A DNA stretch of 32,000 nt from NCBI RefSeq assembly GCF_000025945.1, contig NC_006138.1, positions 2,640,001 through 2,672,000 of the forward strand. Direction: 5' to 3'. The notes under the pieces are model-generated. The model had not been told where the DNA came from. It did not search any database and saw only the letters and a program-made list of their open reading frames with translations. Below, piece by piece: positions 18,610-27,522 of this stretch (position 1 is the stretch's first letter; each line of letters begins with the position of its first letter). The position numbers and the translations under genes were made by a program. This DNA is from Desulfotalea psychrophila LSv54. GTDB lineage: Bacteria; Desulfobacterota; Desulfobulbia; Desulfobulbales; Desulfocapsaceae.

Positions 18610-20124
18610 TTACTTGCCCCCGGACAGAGGTTCAAATCGTCGCAACTCGGTCAGCCTGTAACCGGAGTAACTTCCAATCATAATGATCACAGCCAGAACC
18701 ACCAGCAAAAGCTCGGGGAAGGAATAGGTCAGGTGGCCTACATAGGGGTTTTTCATAACCAGAAAGATAATTGATGCTGAAAAGAGGCTACCTCCACCCT
18801 GAATGAAAACATCCCTGGGGCCCTCTTCTTCCCAGAGAACAGACATGCGCTCAATGGTCCAGGAAATAATGATCATGGGAAAAAAGGTCACCCTTAAGCC
18901 CGCCTCTATCCCCATCTTGATACTAATAACGCTAATGGCCACATAGATAATGATGACAAAGACAAGTACCGCCGAGATCCTCGGCACAAGGAGCAAGTTC
19001 AGGCTACTCAGATAGTAACGGAGAATCAAACCAATCCCGACGATAATAATAAAGAGTGACAGCCCTGCCAGAAGATTAACCTGCAAGAAAACCAAGGCAA
19101 TAAGAATAGGCATAAATGTGCCTGAGGTTTGCACCCCCACAAGGTTCCTAAGGATCACAATGATGAGGGCGCCGATGGGAATGAGGAGCAAGAGTTTAAA
19201 GGTGTTCTGCTGAGAGACGGGAAGACTGTAGATGGAGAAATCAATGAACTTGCTACCGCTGTACCTACCGTGCTGCACAGCAGCTCTTTGGGCCGAGATC
19301 TCTCCTGTCAGGGTGGAATACCTGATCTTTCCGCCTGTGCCGCCCATAATCTCAAGGATAGACTCACTGCCATGCTGCCACTGCAGGAACTGATCCCGAT
19401 TTTCCAGCTCTGCGGTTCTTGGGTTGATCAACTGCACCTGCCGTCCGTTCTGGATTTCAATAAAGCTTCTCAGCTTCTGCTTTTTCTTTGACACTGCTAA
19501 ATTGAGCCCCTTAACAGAGCGTGACTTCACCCCGGCTCTGTTCAGCAAGCTACAGGCAAGATTTACCTTCCCGCCGTATTCGTCCGCGTCGGTGAGGAGC
19601 AACGAGGCGTCCTGATTGATGGGGTCATTAAGGGACACAAGGATTGCCCTTGCCAGCCCCAACTCCGAGGTCTCTTTGCCAAGGGCCTCGGTGACAATAT
19701 GATCGGCTGCCACCTCATGGGCTCCGCTGAAAATAATCACTGCTGCCGGTTCTATCTCCTTCTGGCTAACCTCTCCTCCATCACTGCGCCTATAGGCCGT
19801 GGACCTGAAAAAAATCTTCTGCCGGCCACTTACATCAGCGGCACGCCAGACAGCCCGGCTTCCCTTTCGCTCAAAGCTATACCCTTCAGCAATAGATTTT
19901 CTACCCAGGACTGCGATGGCATCATTGGGGTCGGGCGTATTAACCGAGATCTGCACCGGCCCACCGTCAGCGATAAAGGAGATGGTCGCCTCAACGGTCC
20001 AGGCCATCTCTTTTTTTCCTGGAAGCAGGGGAAAGCCCAACTCTATATGCTTGTATATGGTGGCACCTACCCCCAACACGACCAGAACAGCAACAATGAC
20101 AATAATCTGAATTTGCTGTTTCAT
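18610..20124 (-). CDS. inactive transglutaminase fused to 7 transmembrane helices
   Basis: N-terminal TM, transglutaminase-like middle region, C-terminal multi-TM region (FKLLLLIPIGALIIVILRNLVGVQTSGTFMPILIALVFLQ...), fixed neighbours of this known family. Confidence 0.85.
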   Translation of the reverse strand: MKQQIQIIVIVAVLVVLGVGATIYKHIELGFPLLPGKKEMAWTVEATISFIADGGPVQISVNTPDPNDAIAVLGRKSIAEGYSFERKGSRAVWRAADVSGRQKIFFRSTAYRRSDGGEVSQKEIEPAAVIIFSGAHEVAADHIVTEALGKETSELGLARAILVSLNDPINQDASLLLTDADEYGGKVNLACSLLNRAGVKSRSVKGLNLAVSKKKQKLRSFIEIQNGRQVQLINPRTAELENRDQFLQWQHGSESILEIMGGTGGKIRYSTLTGEISAQRAAVQHGRYSGSKFIDFSIYSLPVSQQNTFKLLLLIPIGALIIVILRNLVGVQTSGTFMPILIALVFLQVNLLAGLSLFIIIVGIGLILRYYLSSLNLLLVPRISAVLVFVIIIYVAISVISIKMGIEAGLRVTFFPMIIISWTIERMSVLWEEEGPRDVFIQGGGSLFSASIIFLVMKNPYVGHLTYSFPELLLVVLAVIIMIGSYSGYRLTELRRFEPLSGGK

Positions 20125-20858
20125 CTCTGTTTCTCACTCATGGGGGTAGTTACGTTTTTACGATTTACGTCGACCACAAATTCGCCCTGAAGGAAATTTC
20201 GACCTATGAGAATCTGGTATGCAAAATCAGAGCGATCGGCCAGAGAAAATTCCCTAACAAGCCTGACGCCCCCCATCATACTCTTTACCGTGACCACAGG
20301 TCTTTTCAGCGACTTCTCTCCATGGCGCTTAATCGTTACATTACGAGAGAGACGACATTTCATCTCTTTTTTCTGACCGCTTCTCCTATCTCTCACCATA
20401 AAACGAACCCATTTTTCCCCATCACGCTCAAAGCGCCTTATATCCTTAGCATCAAGGGAAGAGGTCGTTGCCCCAGTATCGATCCTGGCAGGCATTGTCA
20501 CCCCGGACTTAATAAGGGTGACCGGTTCCACCTCACCAATGAGGCGAAGACCGGCAGAGGGCTGAAAAACCGGTTTTATACCGGTCTCAGGGCCCGGTTT
20601 AACTTCGATTCCGACAGCCGGTTTAACTTCGATTCCGACAGCCGGTTTAGCTTCAATGCCGACAGCCGGTTTAGCTTCAATTCCGACAGCCGGTTTAGCT
20701 TCAATTCCGACAGCCGGTTTAGCTTCAATTCCGACAGCCGGTTTAACCCCGGCTTCAATGTCCGGCCTGGATAGGGTACATGAACAAAGTAGCACCGGAA
20801 CCAATAAAAGCATCACTATTCTCTGCCAGCCAAAGATGGCTTTCCTGATCTGAACCAT
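20121..20858 (-). CDS. RimK-associated putative ATP-dependent zinc protease family (retropepsin-like DTG motif), predicted lipoprotein
   Basis: Lipobox LLVPVLLCSC; IGEVEPVTLIKSGVTMPARIDTGATTSSLDAKDIRRF...; ILIGRNFLQGEFVVDVNRK. Start placed at MVQIRKAIFG (20858). Overlaps the next gene by 4 nt. Confidence 0.82.
   Translation of the reverse strand: MVQIRKAIFGWQRIVMLLLVPVLLCSCTLSRPDIEAGVKPAVGIEAKPAVGIEAKPAVGIEAKPAVGIEAKPAVGIEVKPAVGIEVKPGPETGIKPVFQPSAGLRLIGEVEPVTLIKSGVTMPARIDTGATTSSLDAKDIRRFERDGEKWVRFMVRDRRSGQKKEMKCRLSRNVTIKRHGEKSLKRPVVTVKSMMGGVRLVREFSLADRSDFAYQILIGRNFLQGEFVVDVNRKNVTTPMSEKQR
20597..20740. repeat. 24-bp tandem repeat, six full units, in frame within the protease-like lipoprotein gene
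   Basis: GTTTAACTTCGATTCCGACAGCCG x2, GTTTAGCTTCAATGCCGACAGCCG x1, GTTTAGCTTCAATTCCGACAGCCG x3; encodes (A/V)KPAVGIE repeats. Confidence 0.97.
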
Positions 20859-21229
20859 TTTTACTCTTTTCACCTGAAAATATATTAACATTCGCCAATT
20901 ATCATTGCCGAAACTCATTCAGCACCGGGCCTGTCATAAACCGCAAGAAGGTTGCCTCCAACCAATCTTGCGGCGACGCCCCCACGAGGACCCCTCTTTT
21001 CCCAGCTCACCTTTTGCCATATTGCCAGTCTGAGGCATGCAGATCTCACTGCCCATATAACATTGTTCTTGTCAATCAGCAACACCACTGATAGAAAGCT
21101 ACCTATTTACAGATGCTTGGAAGAAGACCATCCCCCATTTACACCTGAAGATAATACCTTTACAGATTAGTGAGATTTTATTTCCATAGCTCTCACGGTT
21201 CACACCTGCACATTTATTTACTGGATTTT

Positions 21230-21640
21230 AGAAAAAAACGGCCCCAAAAGGACTAATGCGGTCAATGAGAACTTGCGCTTCATGAGCTATCTGAAGAATT
21301 TGAACAAAATATTTTACAAATGAGGGAGAAAGCGACGTCTGCAGAAGGCAATAGTGTCGTAATCAGGATGATTATTGCCAGTGATATAGCGAAAAGCAAC
21401 AGAGTCATAGGTGGCTTTTTCAATTTTACGCAGAAAAACACTCCTGTCGCATATCCTTAGAACAAAAGGGCTGTCATCATTTCTGAAAAATATACCTTAC
21501 TGCCTCGACCACCATATGCCTTCTTAATTGCAAAAATGTCCAATTGTCCCACTCTTGCAATGACAAAACGTACCAAATGGCCTTTCGATAGCAAATCTTA
21601 CACGTTGGCAGAAACATAAAAATCTGCTATCGACTACCAC
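21230..21640 (-). pseudogene. decayed IS transposase fragment (IS1182-like N-terminal region)
   Basis: Minus-strand translation gives DLLSKGHLVRFVIARVGQLDIFAIKKAYGGRGSKVYFSEMMTALLF*GYATGVF, then in a shifted frame FLRKIEKATYDSVAFRYITGNNHPDYDTIAFCRRRFLPHL*; it has several stops and frameshifts. Confidence 0.82.
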
Positions 21641-21902
21641 CTGTGAAGGTTACACTCATACCTACCTAACCTCTTATTATAAATTGATTACTGGCAACAG
21701 TATAGCATGATTTTGAAAAAGGCCGACAGACTCTAGACCCTGCATGGTAAGGCTTCAACAACCCCGCACCCAGAGAGATTAAGGCCCCGCCTCCCTGCCA
21801 TCACTGACCTTCATCCCCCCTAACTAATATCATCGAGTTACACGATCTGGCAAGAGACCGCCCCTTCGCTCAATGATCTACTCGATGAGCCCATACCACC
21901 TT

Positions 21903-23543
21903 TCACTTATAAAGAGTGGCAATAGAGTCGGCCAGTCTCTGCGCTAGTTCAGAGGCTTCATATTTATCTGTCACAACTTCGATATAGGCACCGCTACCAC
22001 AGGCCTCGGCCTTCCTGATCGCCTCATCAAGTTCACCGCAAGTCGTCACCCGGGCGCTAAACCAACCGTCACAACCCAGTACTTCAGGAAGGTCTTTATA
22101 GTGCCACTGGGCAAGATCGTTATAGTAGATATCGGGGTCGCGGCAGAGCAATCGCTCAATCAGATAACCATCGTTGCTGAGCACGAAAATGATTGGTTTG
22201 AGACCATAGCGATGAAACTGACTGATTTCCTGGGCCGTAAACTGATGCGAACCCTCACCGGTGATGAGGATCGTTCGACGATCCGGGGCTGCCAAAGCAG
22301 CACCTAACGCGGCGGGGGTGGCCCAGCCGATCGATCCCCACAGGCTCTGATTGAGAAAGAGCGAGCCATTGGGCATCTTAGCGAAACCGAGCCCCATCGA
22401 GCATGTTCCGGTTTCGGCAACCAGTATATCGTCGGCCTTCAGCATCTGTTCCCAGCGTGGGTAGAGATAATCCACCGTGATCTTATCGTCCTCGCCACCG
22501 ACCGGCTCTCCGAGCCCCTCCACCCTGGGGCCCAGACCATACTTACGGGGCAGTTTTTCGGCCAGCATGACCAAGACATCCTTCATTTCGATATTGTGGT
22601 AGATGGCAGTCCCTACCCGCACCCTATGTGGCATGATATTGATACTTGCGGCAGGATCGATGTTGGCCGTAAAAGAGCCGGAGTTAAAATCTGTGAGCAT
22701 CATGCCGATAGCAAGCAGGCAGTCACTGCCCTCGACAAAGGCCCGAACCTGCTCATTCATCAGCTCGCCGTTGTAGATACCTATATAGCTAGGGTGCGCC
22801 TCATTGAGTACACACTTGTCCATGAACATGGTGGCGAAGGGCAGGCCTGAAGCCTCGACCACGGCGGCAGCCTGGTCTCGAAGCCCGAAACGGGTAGCCA
22901 TGATACCGGGCAGGATACAGGCCCTCTTACTTACGGAAACGGCATGACAAATCGCCTCTACCGCGGCCGCCAGGGTGCCCACCTCGCTTGTTGCCACAAC
23001 CACTGCCTCTGCCTGCCCCACAACCGGCATATCCGCATAGTCTCCCGGGAATGCCATATATACCGGCCGACGGTGATAGAAAGCCGCGGCAATGAGACGT
23101 TCAGTCTCGGCCACACAGTTATCCGGGGTCATGATAGCTCGAGCGCAGACCACCGGCTCCGTCATTTTATAAAAGAGGTCGAACTCACCGTTACCGAGGG
23201 TGTGATGCACTAGGCGGTGAGCGGCCTGAACCCTGCTCGCAGGCATTCCCACCAGATGAAATATTGGCAGATGTTCAGCATAGGCTCCGGCAATGCCGTT
23301 AATGGCGCTGAGCTCTCCTACCCCATAGGCGGTACTGAGCGCAGCAAGACCGTGGATCCGGGCGTAACCATCGGCTGCATAGGCGGCATTAAGTTCGTTA
23401 CAGTTGCCAATCCAGCGCAGCTCCTTATCATTACAAACAGCATCGTTAATGGGGAATGCATAGTCACCCGGTACCCCGAAAACATCCTTCACTCCAAGAT
23501 CTTTCAATCGGGAAAGTACATATTCTATTACGGTCTGTTCCAT
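21903..23543 (-). CDS. thiamine-diphosphate-dependent 2-ketoacid (pyruvate/indolepyruvate-type) decarboxylase
   Basis: VIEYVLSRLKDLGVKDVFGVPGDYAFPINDAV; GNCNELNAAYAADGYARI; GEGSHQFTAQEISQFHRYGLKPIIFVLSNDGYLIE (ThDP-binding motif). Confidence 0.9.
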   Translation of the reverse strand: MEQTVIEYVLSRLKDLGVKDVFGVPGDYAFPINDAVCNDKELRWIGNCNELNAAYAADGYARIHGLAALSTAYGVGELSAINGIAGAYAEHLPIFHLVGMPASRVQAAHRLVHHTLGNGEFDLFYKMTEPVVCARAIMTPDNCVAETERLIAAAFYHRRPVYMAFPGDYADMPVVGQAEAVVVATSEVGTLAAAVEAICHAVSVSKRACILPGIMATRFGLRDQAAAVVEASGLPFATMFMDKCVLNEAHPSYIGIYNGELMNEQVRAFVEGSDCLLAIGMMLTDFNSGSFTANIDPAASINIMPHRVRVGTAIYHNIEMKDVLVMLAEKLPRKYGLGPRVEGLGEPVGGEDDKITVDYLYPRWEQMLKADDILVAETGTCSMGLGFAKMPNGSLFLNQSLWGSIGWATPAALGAALAAPDRRTILITGEGSHQFTAQEISQFHRYGLKPIIFVLSNDGYLIERLLCRDPDIYYNDLAQWHYKDLPEVLGCDGWFSARVTTCGELDEAIRKAEACGSGAYIEVVTDKYEASELAQRLADSIATLYK

Positions 23544-24632
23544 AACTCCTCTCCTTACTTGTTAGCTGTTAGCTTGTCGATTTTAGAGCTAAGGCCTGCA
23601 ATAGGGTGTGTGCTGTGACTTAGCTAAACTAAAAGAACAAGTCATGCCGGCCTGTTCATCATTGATAGCTGACAATTTTTATTCTTACAGTTGCTTAAAA
23701 TAAATTTGATAAAAAAAAGCACCTAAACATTCCACCGTTGAAAAACATTAGACGATTTCCTCCAACCAATATGCAGGGATAATTTTGGAAGATAGAATCT
23801 TCTGTCCATGGCCCAAGAAAGGGCAACTATAAGAAACAACAGGGTGTATGGGACAGGTATAGGTCGTTAACTCATCCTGGCTTGCAAGAGAGGATGAAGC
23901 CCCCCATTCAGATACTCTCTGGATCTTCTTTTGTCTTTATTTTTTGCGCAAATATCTCCATATCCCCTGTGCTTGATTAAGACTTAAGTTCAGCGAAAGC
24001 TCTGCCCGAAAAATTTCAATCTCAACCTCTTGACCATGTGCTACAGATCATATCACAGATATTATGCTAAGTACCAAAGCCTCAACGAATGAATCAGCTT
24101 CCAAAGAAACTCTGGACCCTTATTATTATAGCATGGCAAGAGCGGAGGGTGGATTGCAGAAGAGTGTTAGGGGGTGTGAGTGTAGGATACTTGAACAGGA
24201 TTTTTTTATGTCATCTCCAAGCAACTTGTCGCACCTATTCTACCAACTCAGCTACCATAAAAAATCCGACAGACTCCTAATGGGACTCTATGTGACCCTG
24301 TAATTAATTACAGCGCCAATACTACCTCTTATGCAAACAAGAGCTACAGGGGAGACAGCTAAGAGTCAAATAAATCTTTACTCACAGACGAGAAAGAGTG
24401 TGTAGCCGGGACCAATTGAAGACAAATCCATCCTGACAGAGAGAGCACCTGTCAAGGGCATATTTATTTAAGAACCGACCGACCAAGCAGAGGAGAGCAA
24501 AACAATGTGCCCCTTCTCACTTGATTTCGCCTGCCTGATTCACCTAGCATGTTAATAGGTCTTTCAATTTTCATGATCTCCCTCTGCCAGCCATACTCTC
24601 CTGGCAGAGGAGTCACAAGCTACGAGGACAAT

Positions 24633-26165
24633 ATGGAAAGTATAAAAAAACTACATATAAAGAAAGCCAACAGCGGTATTTGCACCGGCACAGAGTGGAT
24701 CTCCCCCGCAGGTAGCAAGGTCATAGAATCCATCTCACCTGTGGACGGAAGGATCATCGCCAAAATCCAAGCAGGAGGAGCGCCTGAATATAAGCGAATT
24801 ATTACTCAGGCCCAAAAGGCCTTTCCCCTCTGGCGGAAAATCCCTGCCCCTGAGCGTGGAGAAATTGTCCGACAGATTGGCGAGGCCCTGCGCAAAGATA
24901 AGGAGAACCTTGGCAGGATGATTTGCCTGGAGATGGGGAAATCTCTTCAGGAGGGATATGGAGAGGTACAGGAAATGATCGATGTCTGTGACTTTGCCGT
25001 GGGCCAGTCACGCATGTTATACGGCGCCACCATGCCCTCGGAAAGACCCTCCCACAGACTCTACGATCAGTATCATCCCCTTGGTGTTGTCGGCATTATT
25101 ACTGCCTTTAATTTTCCTGCCGCAGTTTGGGCCTGGAACGCCATGCTCTCGACTGTCTGTGGCAATGTCTTGGTATGGAAGCCCTCTTCCCAGGTAGGCC
25201 TAACCGCCATTGCCATCCAGCATATCATCGCCCGGGTCCTCAAGAAAAACAAGCTGCCCGAAGGCATTTTTTCTCTTATCTGTGGTAGTGGCAAGGACAT
25301 AGGCGACCTGATGCTTGCAGATACCCGCCTGCCCCTTATCTCCTTTACCGGTTCTGTTCGTACCGGTCGACATGCCGCCCAAATCATTGCCGGGCGCCTC
25401 GGTAAATCCCTCCTAGAGCTGGGAGGAAATAACAGTATCATTATCAGCCCAGAGGCAGATCTTGCTATTGCCATCCCCGCCGTGGTCTTTGGCGCTGTCG
25501 GTACTGCTGGACAACGCTGCACCACCACCCGTCGCCTGATTATTCATGAATCTATCTATGACAAGGTAAGAGATGGTCTGACAAAGGCCTATAAAAGTCT
25601 GCGTATTGGCAGCCCCCTCAACCAAGATAACCATATGGGGCCCCTGGTAAACCAGGATGCCGTCGCCAATTATCTCGCAGCAGTAGAGACCATCAAAGAC
25701 CAAGGGGGAGAGATACTATGCGGTGGCCATGCCCTACAAGGAGAGGGCTTTGAATCTGGCTGCTATGTTGCCCCCACCCTGGTTGAGGTGAAAAGCGATA
25801 TCCCCATTATCAAGGAGGAGACCTTTGCTCCCATCCTCTATTTAATTAGGTATAGCGGAGATATTAACCAGGCCATAGAGATCAATAACAGTGCCCATGA
25901 GGGACTCTCCTCTGCCATTTTTTCCAACAACCTGCGGGAGGCTGAAACCTTCCTCTCGCCATGGGGTTCTGACTGTGGCATTGCCAATGTCAATATCGGT
26001 ACCTCGGGGGCTGAGATTGGCGGCGCCTTTGGCGGAGAAAAAGACACCGGAGGTGGGCGTGAATCCGGTTCAGACGCCTGGAAGGCCTATATGCGCCGAC
26101 AAACGGTGACCATAAACTATGGCCACGAACTGCCCCTGGCCCAGGGGATAAACTTTACCATCTAA
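24633..26165 (+). CDS. aldehyde dehydrogenase, ALDH7 (alpha-aminoadipic semialdehyde / piperideine-6-carboxylate dehydrogenase) type
   Basis: PLGVVGIITAFNFPAAVWAWN; LLELGGNNSIII; VFGAVGTAGQRCTTTRRLIIHESIYD; GEKDTGGGRESGSDAWKAYMRRQT. Start placed at MESIKKLH with upstream GAGG. Confidence 0.9.
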   Translation: MESIKKLHIKKANSGICTGTEWISPAGSKVIESISPVDGRIIAKIQAGGAPEYKRIITQAQKAFPLWRKIPAPERGEIVRQIGEALRKDKENLGRMICLEMGKSLQEGYGEVQEMIDVCDFAVGQSRMLYGATMPSERPSHRLYDQYHPLGVVGIITAFNFPAAVWAWNAMLSTVCGNVLVWKPSSQVGLTAIAIQHIIARVLKKNKLPEGIFSLICGSGKDIGDLMLADTRLPLISFTGSVRTGRHAAQIIAGRLGKSLLELGGNNSIIISPEADLAIAIPAVVFGAVGTAGQRCTTTRRLIIHESIYDKVRDGLTKAYKSLRIGSPLNQDNHMGPLVNQDAVANYLAAVETIKDQGGEILCGGHALQGEGFESGCYVAPTLVEVKSDIPIIKEETFAPILYLIRYSGDINQAIEINNSAHEGLSSAIFSNNLREAETFLSPWGSDCGIANVNIGTSGAEIGGAFGGEKDTGGGRESGSDAWKAYMRRQTVTINYGHELPLAQGINFTI

Positions 26166-26204
26166 GACGGGACAAGCTCCCCTCTCATATACTGGAGATT
26201 ATCT

Positions 26205-27515
26205 ATGACATCTCGCGTAAGCTCTACTCTGGCCCGACATATACTGGCGGACGGCCTGCCCTTGGTTTTTGATCTGAAAAAATCCCGGGGATCGCAGTTG
26301 GTAGATAAAAATAGCGGCGACAGTTTTTTAGATTTTTTCTCCATGTTCGCCTCCATGGCCGTGGGGCACAACCACCCAAGCCTCTTGGCAATACAGGAGC
26401 AACTTGGGGCCGTGGCCATCCAAAAGCCTTCCAGCTCGGATGTCTACACCGAAGAGTTTGCTGAATTTGTCGACACCTTCGCCCAGCTGGCAATGCCTGC
26501 GTTCATGCCCCATGCCTTCTTTATCGAAGGAGGGGCCCTGGCCGTTGAGAACAGCCTCAAAACTGCCTTCGACTGGAAAACCCGCCTCAACCAAGCGAGA
26601 GGCATAGCCACACCTAAGGGCACAAAAATCATCCATTTCCAGCAGGCCTTTCACGGTCGTTCCGGCTATACCCTCTCTTTAACCAATACCCATGACCCGA
26701 GAAAGACAAAGTTCTTCCCCATAATGGACTGGCCACGAATCCTCAATCCCAAAATCACCTTCCCACTTAATCGAGAAAACCTTGGACAGGTCATCGAACT
26801 GGAGGAGAGGGCTCTTGCCCAGATTCACCAGGTTATTGGCAGGGAAGGTGATGATATTGCTGGCCTCATCATTGAGCCTATCCAGGGAGAAGGCGGTGAC
26901 AACCACTTCCGCCCGATTTTTTTCCGGCAACTACGCAAGATCTGCGATGACCATGATATTTTGTTCATCGTAGATGAGATCCAAAGCGGAATGGGCATAA
27001 CCGGAAAGATGTGGGCCCATGAACATTTAGAGATTGAACCGGATATCCTCTGCTTTGGTAAGAAGACTCAGGTCTGCGGCATTATGGCAAGCAAAAGAAT
27101 CGACAAGGTTGAAAACAATGTCTTTAAAGAGTCCAGCCGACTCAACTCCACCTTCGGGGGCAATCTGGTAGACATGGTGCGCTGTACCCATATTCTCAGA
27201 ATTATTGAAGAGGAGAGACTGGTGGACAATGCCCGAGTCCAGGGAAATCATCTTCTCCGTCAGCTTGAAGGCCTGGGAGAAGAGTTCCCCCACCTTGTCT
27301 CCAACCCCCGGGGTAGAGGCCTTATGTGCGCCTTTGACCTACCCTCAGAGACCATGCGCAATCAATTTATCGAGGATATGTATAAGGCGCGGGTACTGCT
27401 CCTCGGCTGCGGAGAAAAAGCCATCAGGTTCCGGCCCCACCTCGTGGTTCGTCGGGAAGAGATTGACGAAGGCATGGATATTATCCGTCGGACCATCAAA
27501 AAAACAATGGGTTAA
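26205..27515 (+). CDS. lat: L-lysine 6-transaminase (PLP-dependent class III aminotransferase)
   Basis: VFDLKKSRGSQLVDKNSGDSFLDFFSMFASMAVGHNHP; FFIEGGALAVENSLKTAFDWKTR; FQQAFHGRSGYTLSLTNT; FIVDEIQSGMGITGKMWAHEHL. Confidence 0.87.
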   Translation: MTSRVSSTLARHILADGLPLVFDLKKSRGSQLVDKNSGDSFLDFFSMFASMAVGHNHPSLLAIQEQLGAVAIQKPSSSDVYTEEFAEFVDTFAQLAMPAFMPHAFFIEGGALAVENSLKTAFDWKTRLNQARGIATPKGTKIIHFQQAFHGRSGYTLSLTNTHDPRKTKFFPIMDWPRILNPKITFPLNRENLGQVIELEERALAQIHQVIGREGDDIAGLIIEPIQGEGGDNHFRPIFFRQLRKICDDHDILFIVDEIQSGMGITGKMWAHEHLEIEPDILCFGKKTQVCGIMASKRIDKVENNVFKESSRLNSTFGGNLVDMVRCTHILRIIEEERLVDNARVQGNHLLRQLEGLGEEFPHLVSNPRGRGLMCAFDLPSETMRNQFIEDMYKARVLLLGCGEKAIRFRPHLVVRREEIDEGMDIIRRTIKKTMG

Positions 27516-27522
27516 TCCTGCA

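Noticed and set aside
17591-18661. 356-aa plus-strand ORF
   Set aside because: It is antisense to the ATP-grasp glutamate-ligase-like gene, which has clear conserved motifs; a shadow ORF.
20576-20758. Repeats at about 20.6 kb as a CRISPR array
   Set aside because: The units are contiguous 24-bp in-frame copies with no spacers, so it is a coding tandem repeat.
24300-24632. Lysine riboswitch upstream of the lysine-catabolic operon
   Set aside because: I looked for lysine-riboswitch core elements and found none convincing by eye; a covariance-model search would be needed to exclude one.
27205-27522. N-terminal extension of the FAD oxidoreductase ORF
   Set aside because: It overlaps lat in another frame; homology-like sequence begins after MKSSKRKR at 27523.
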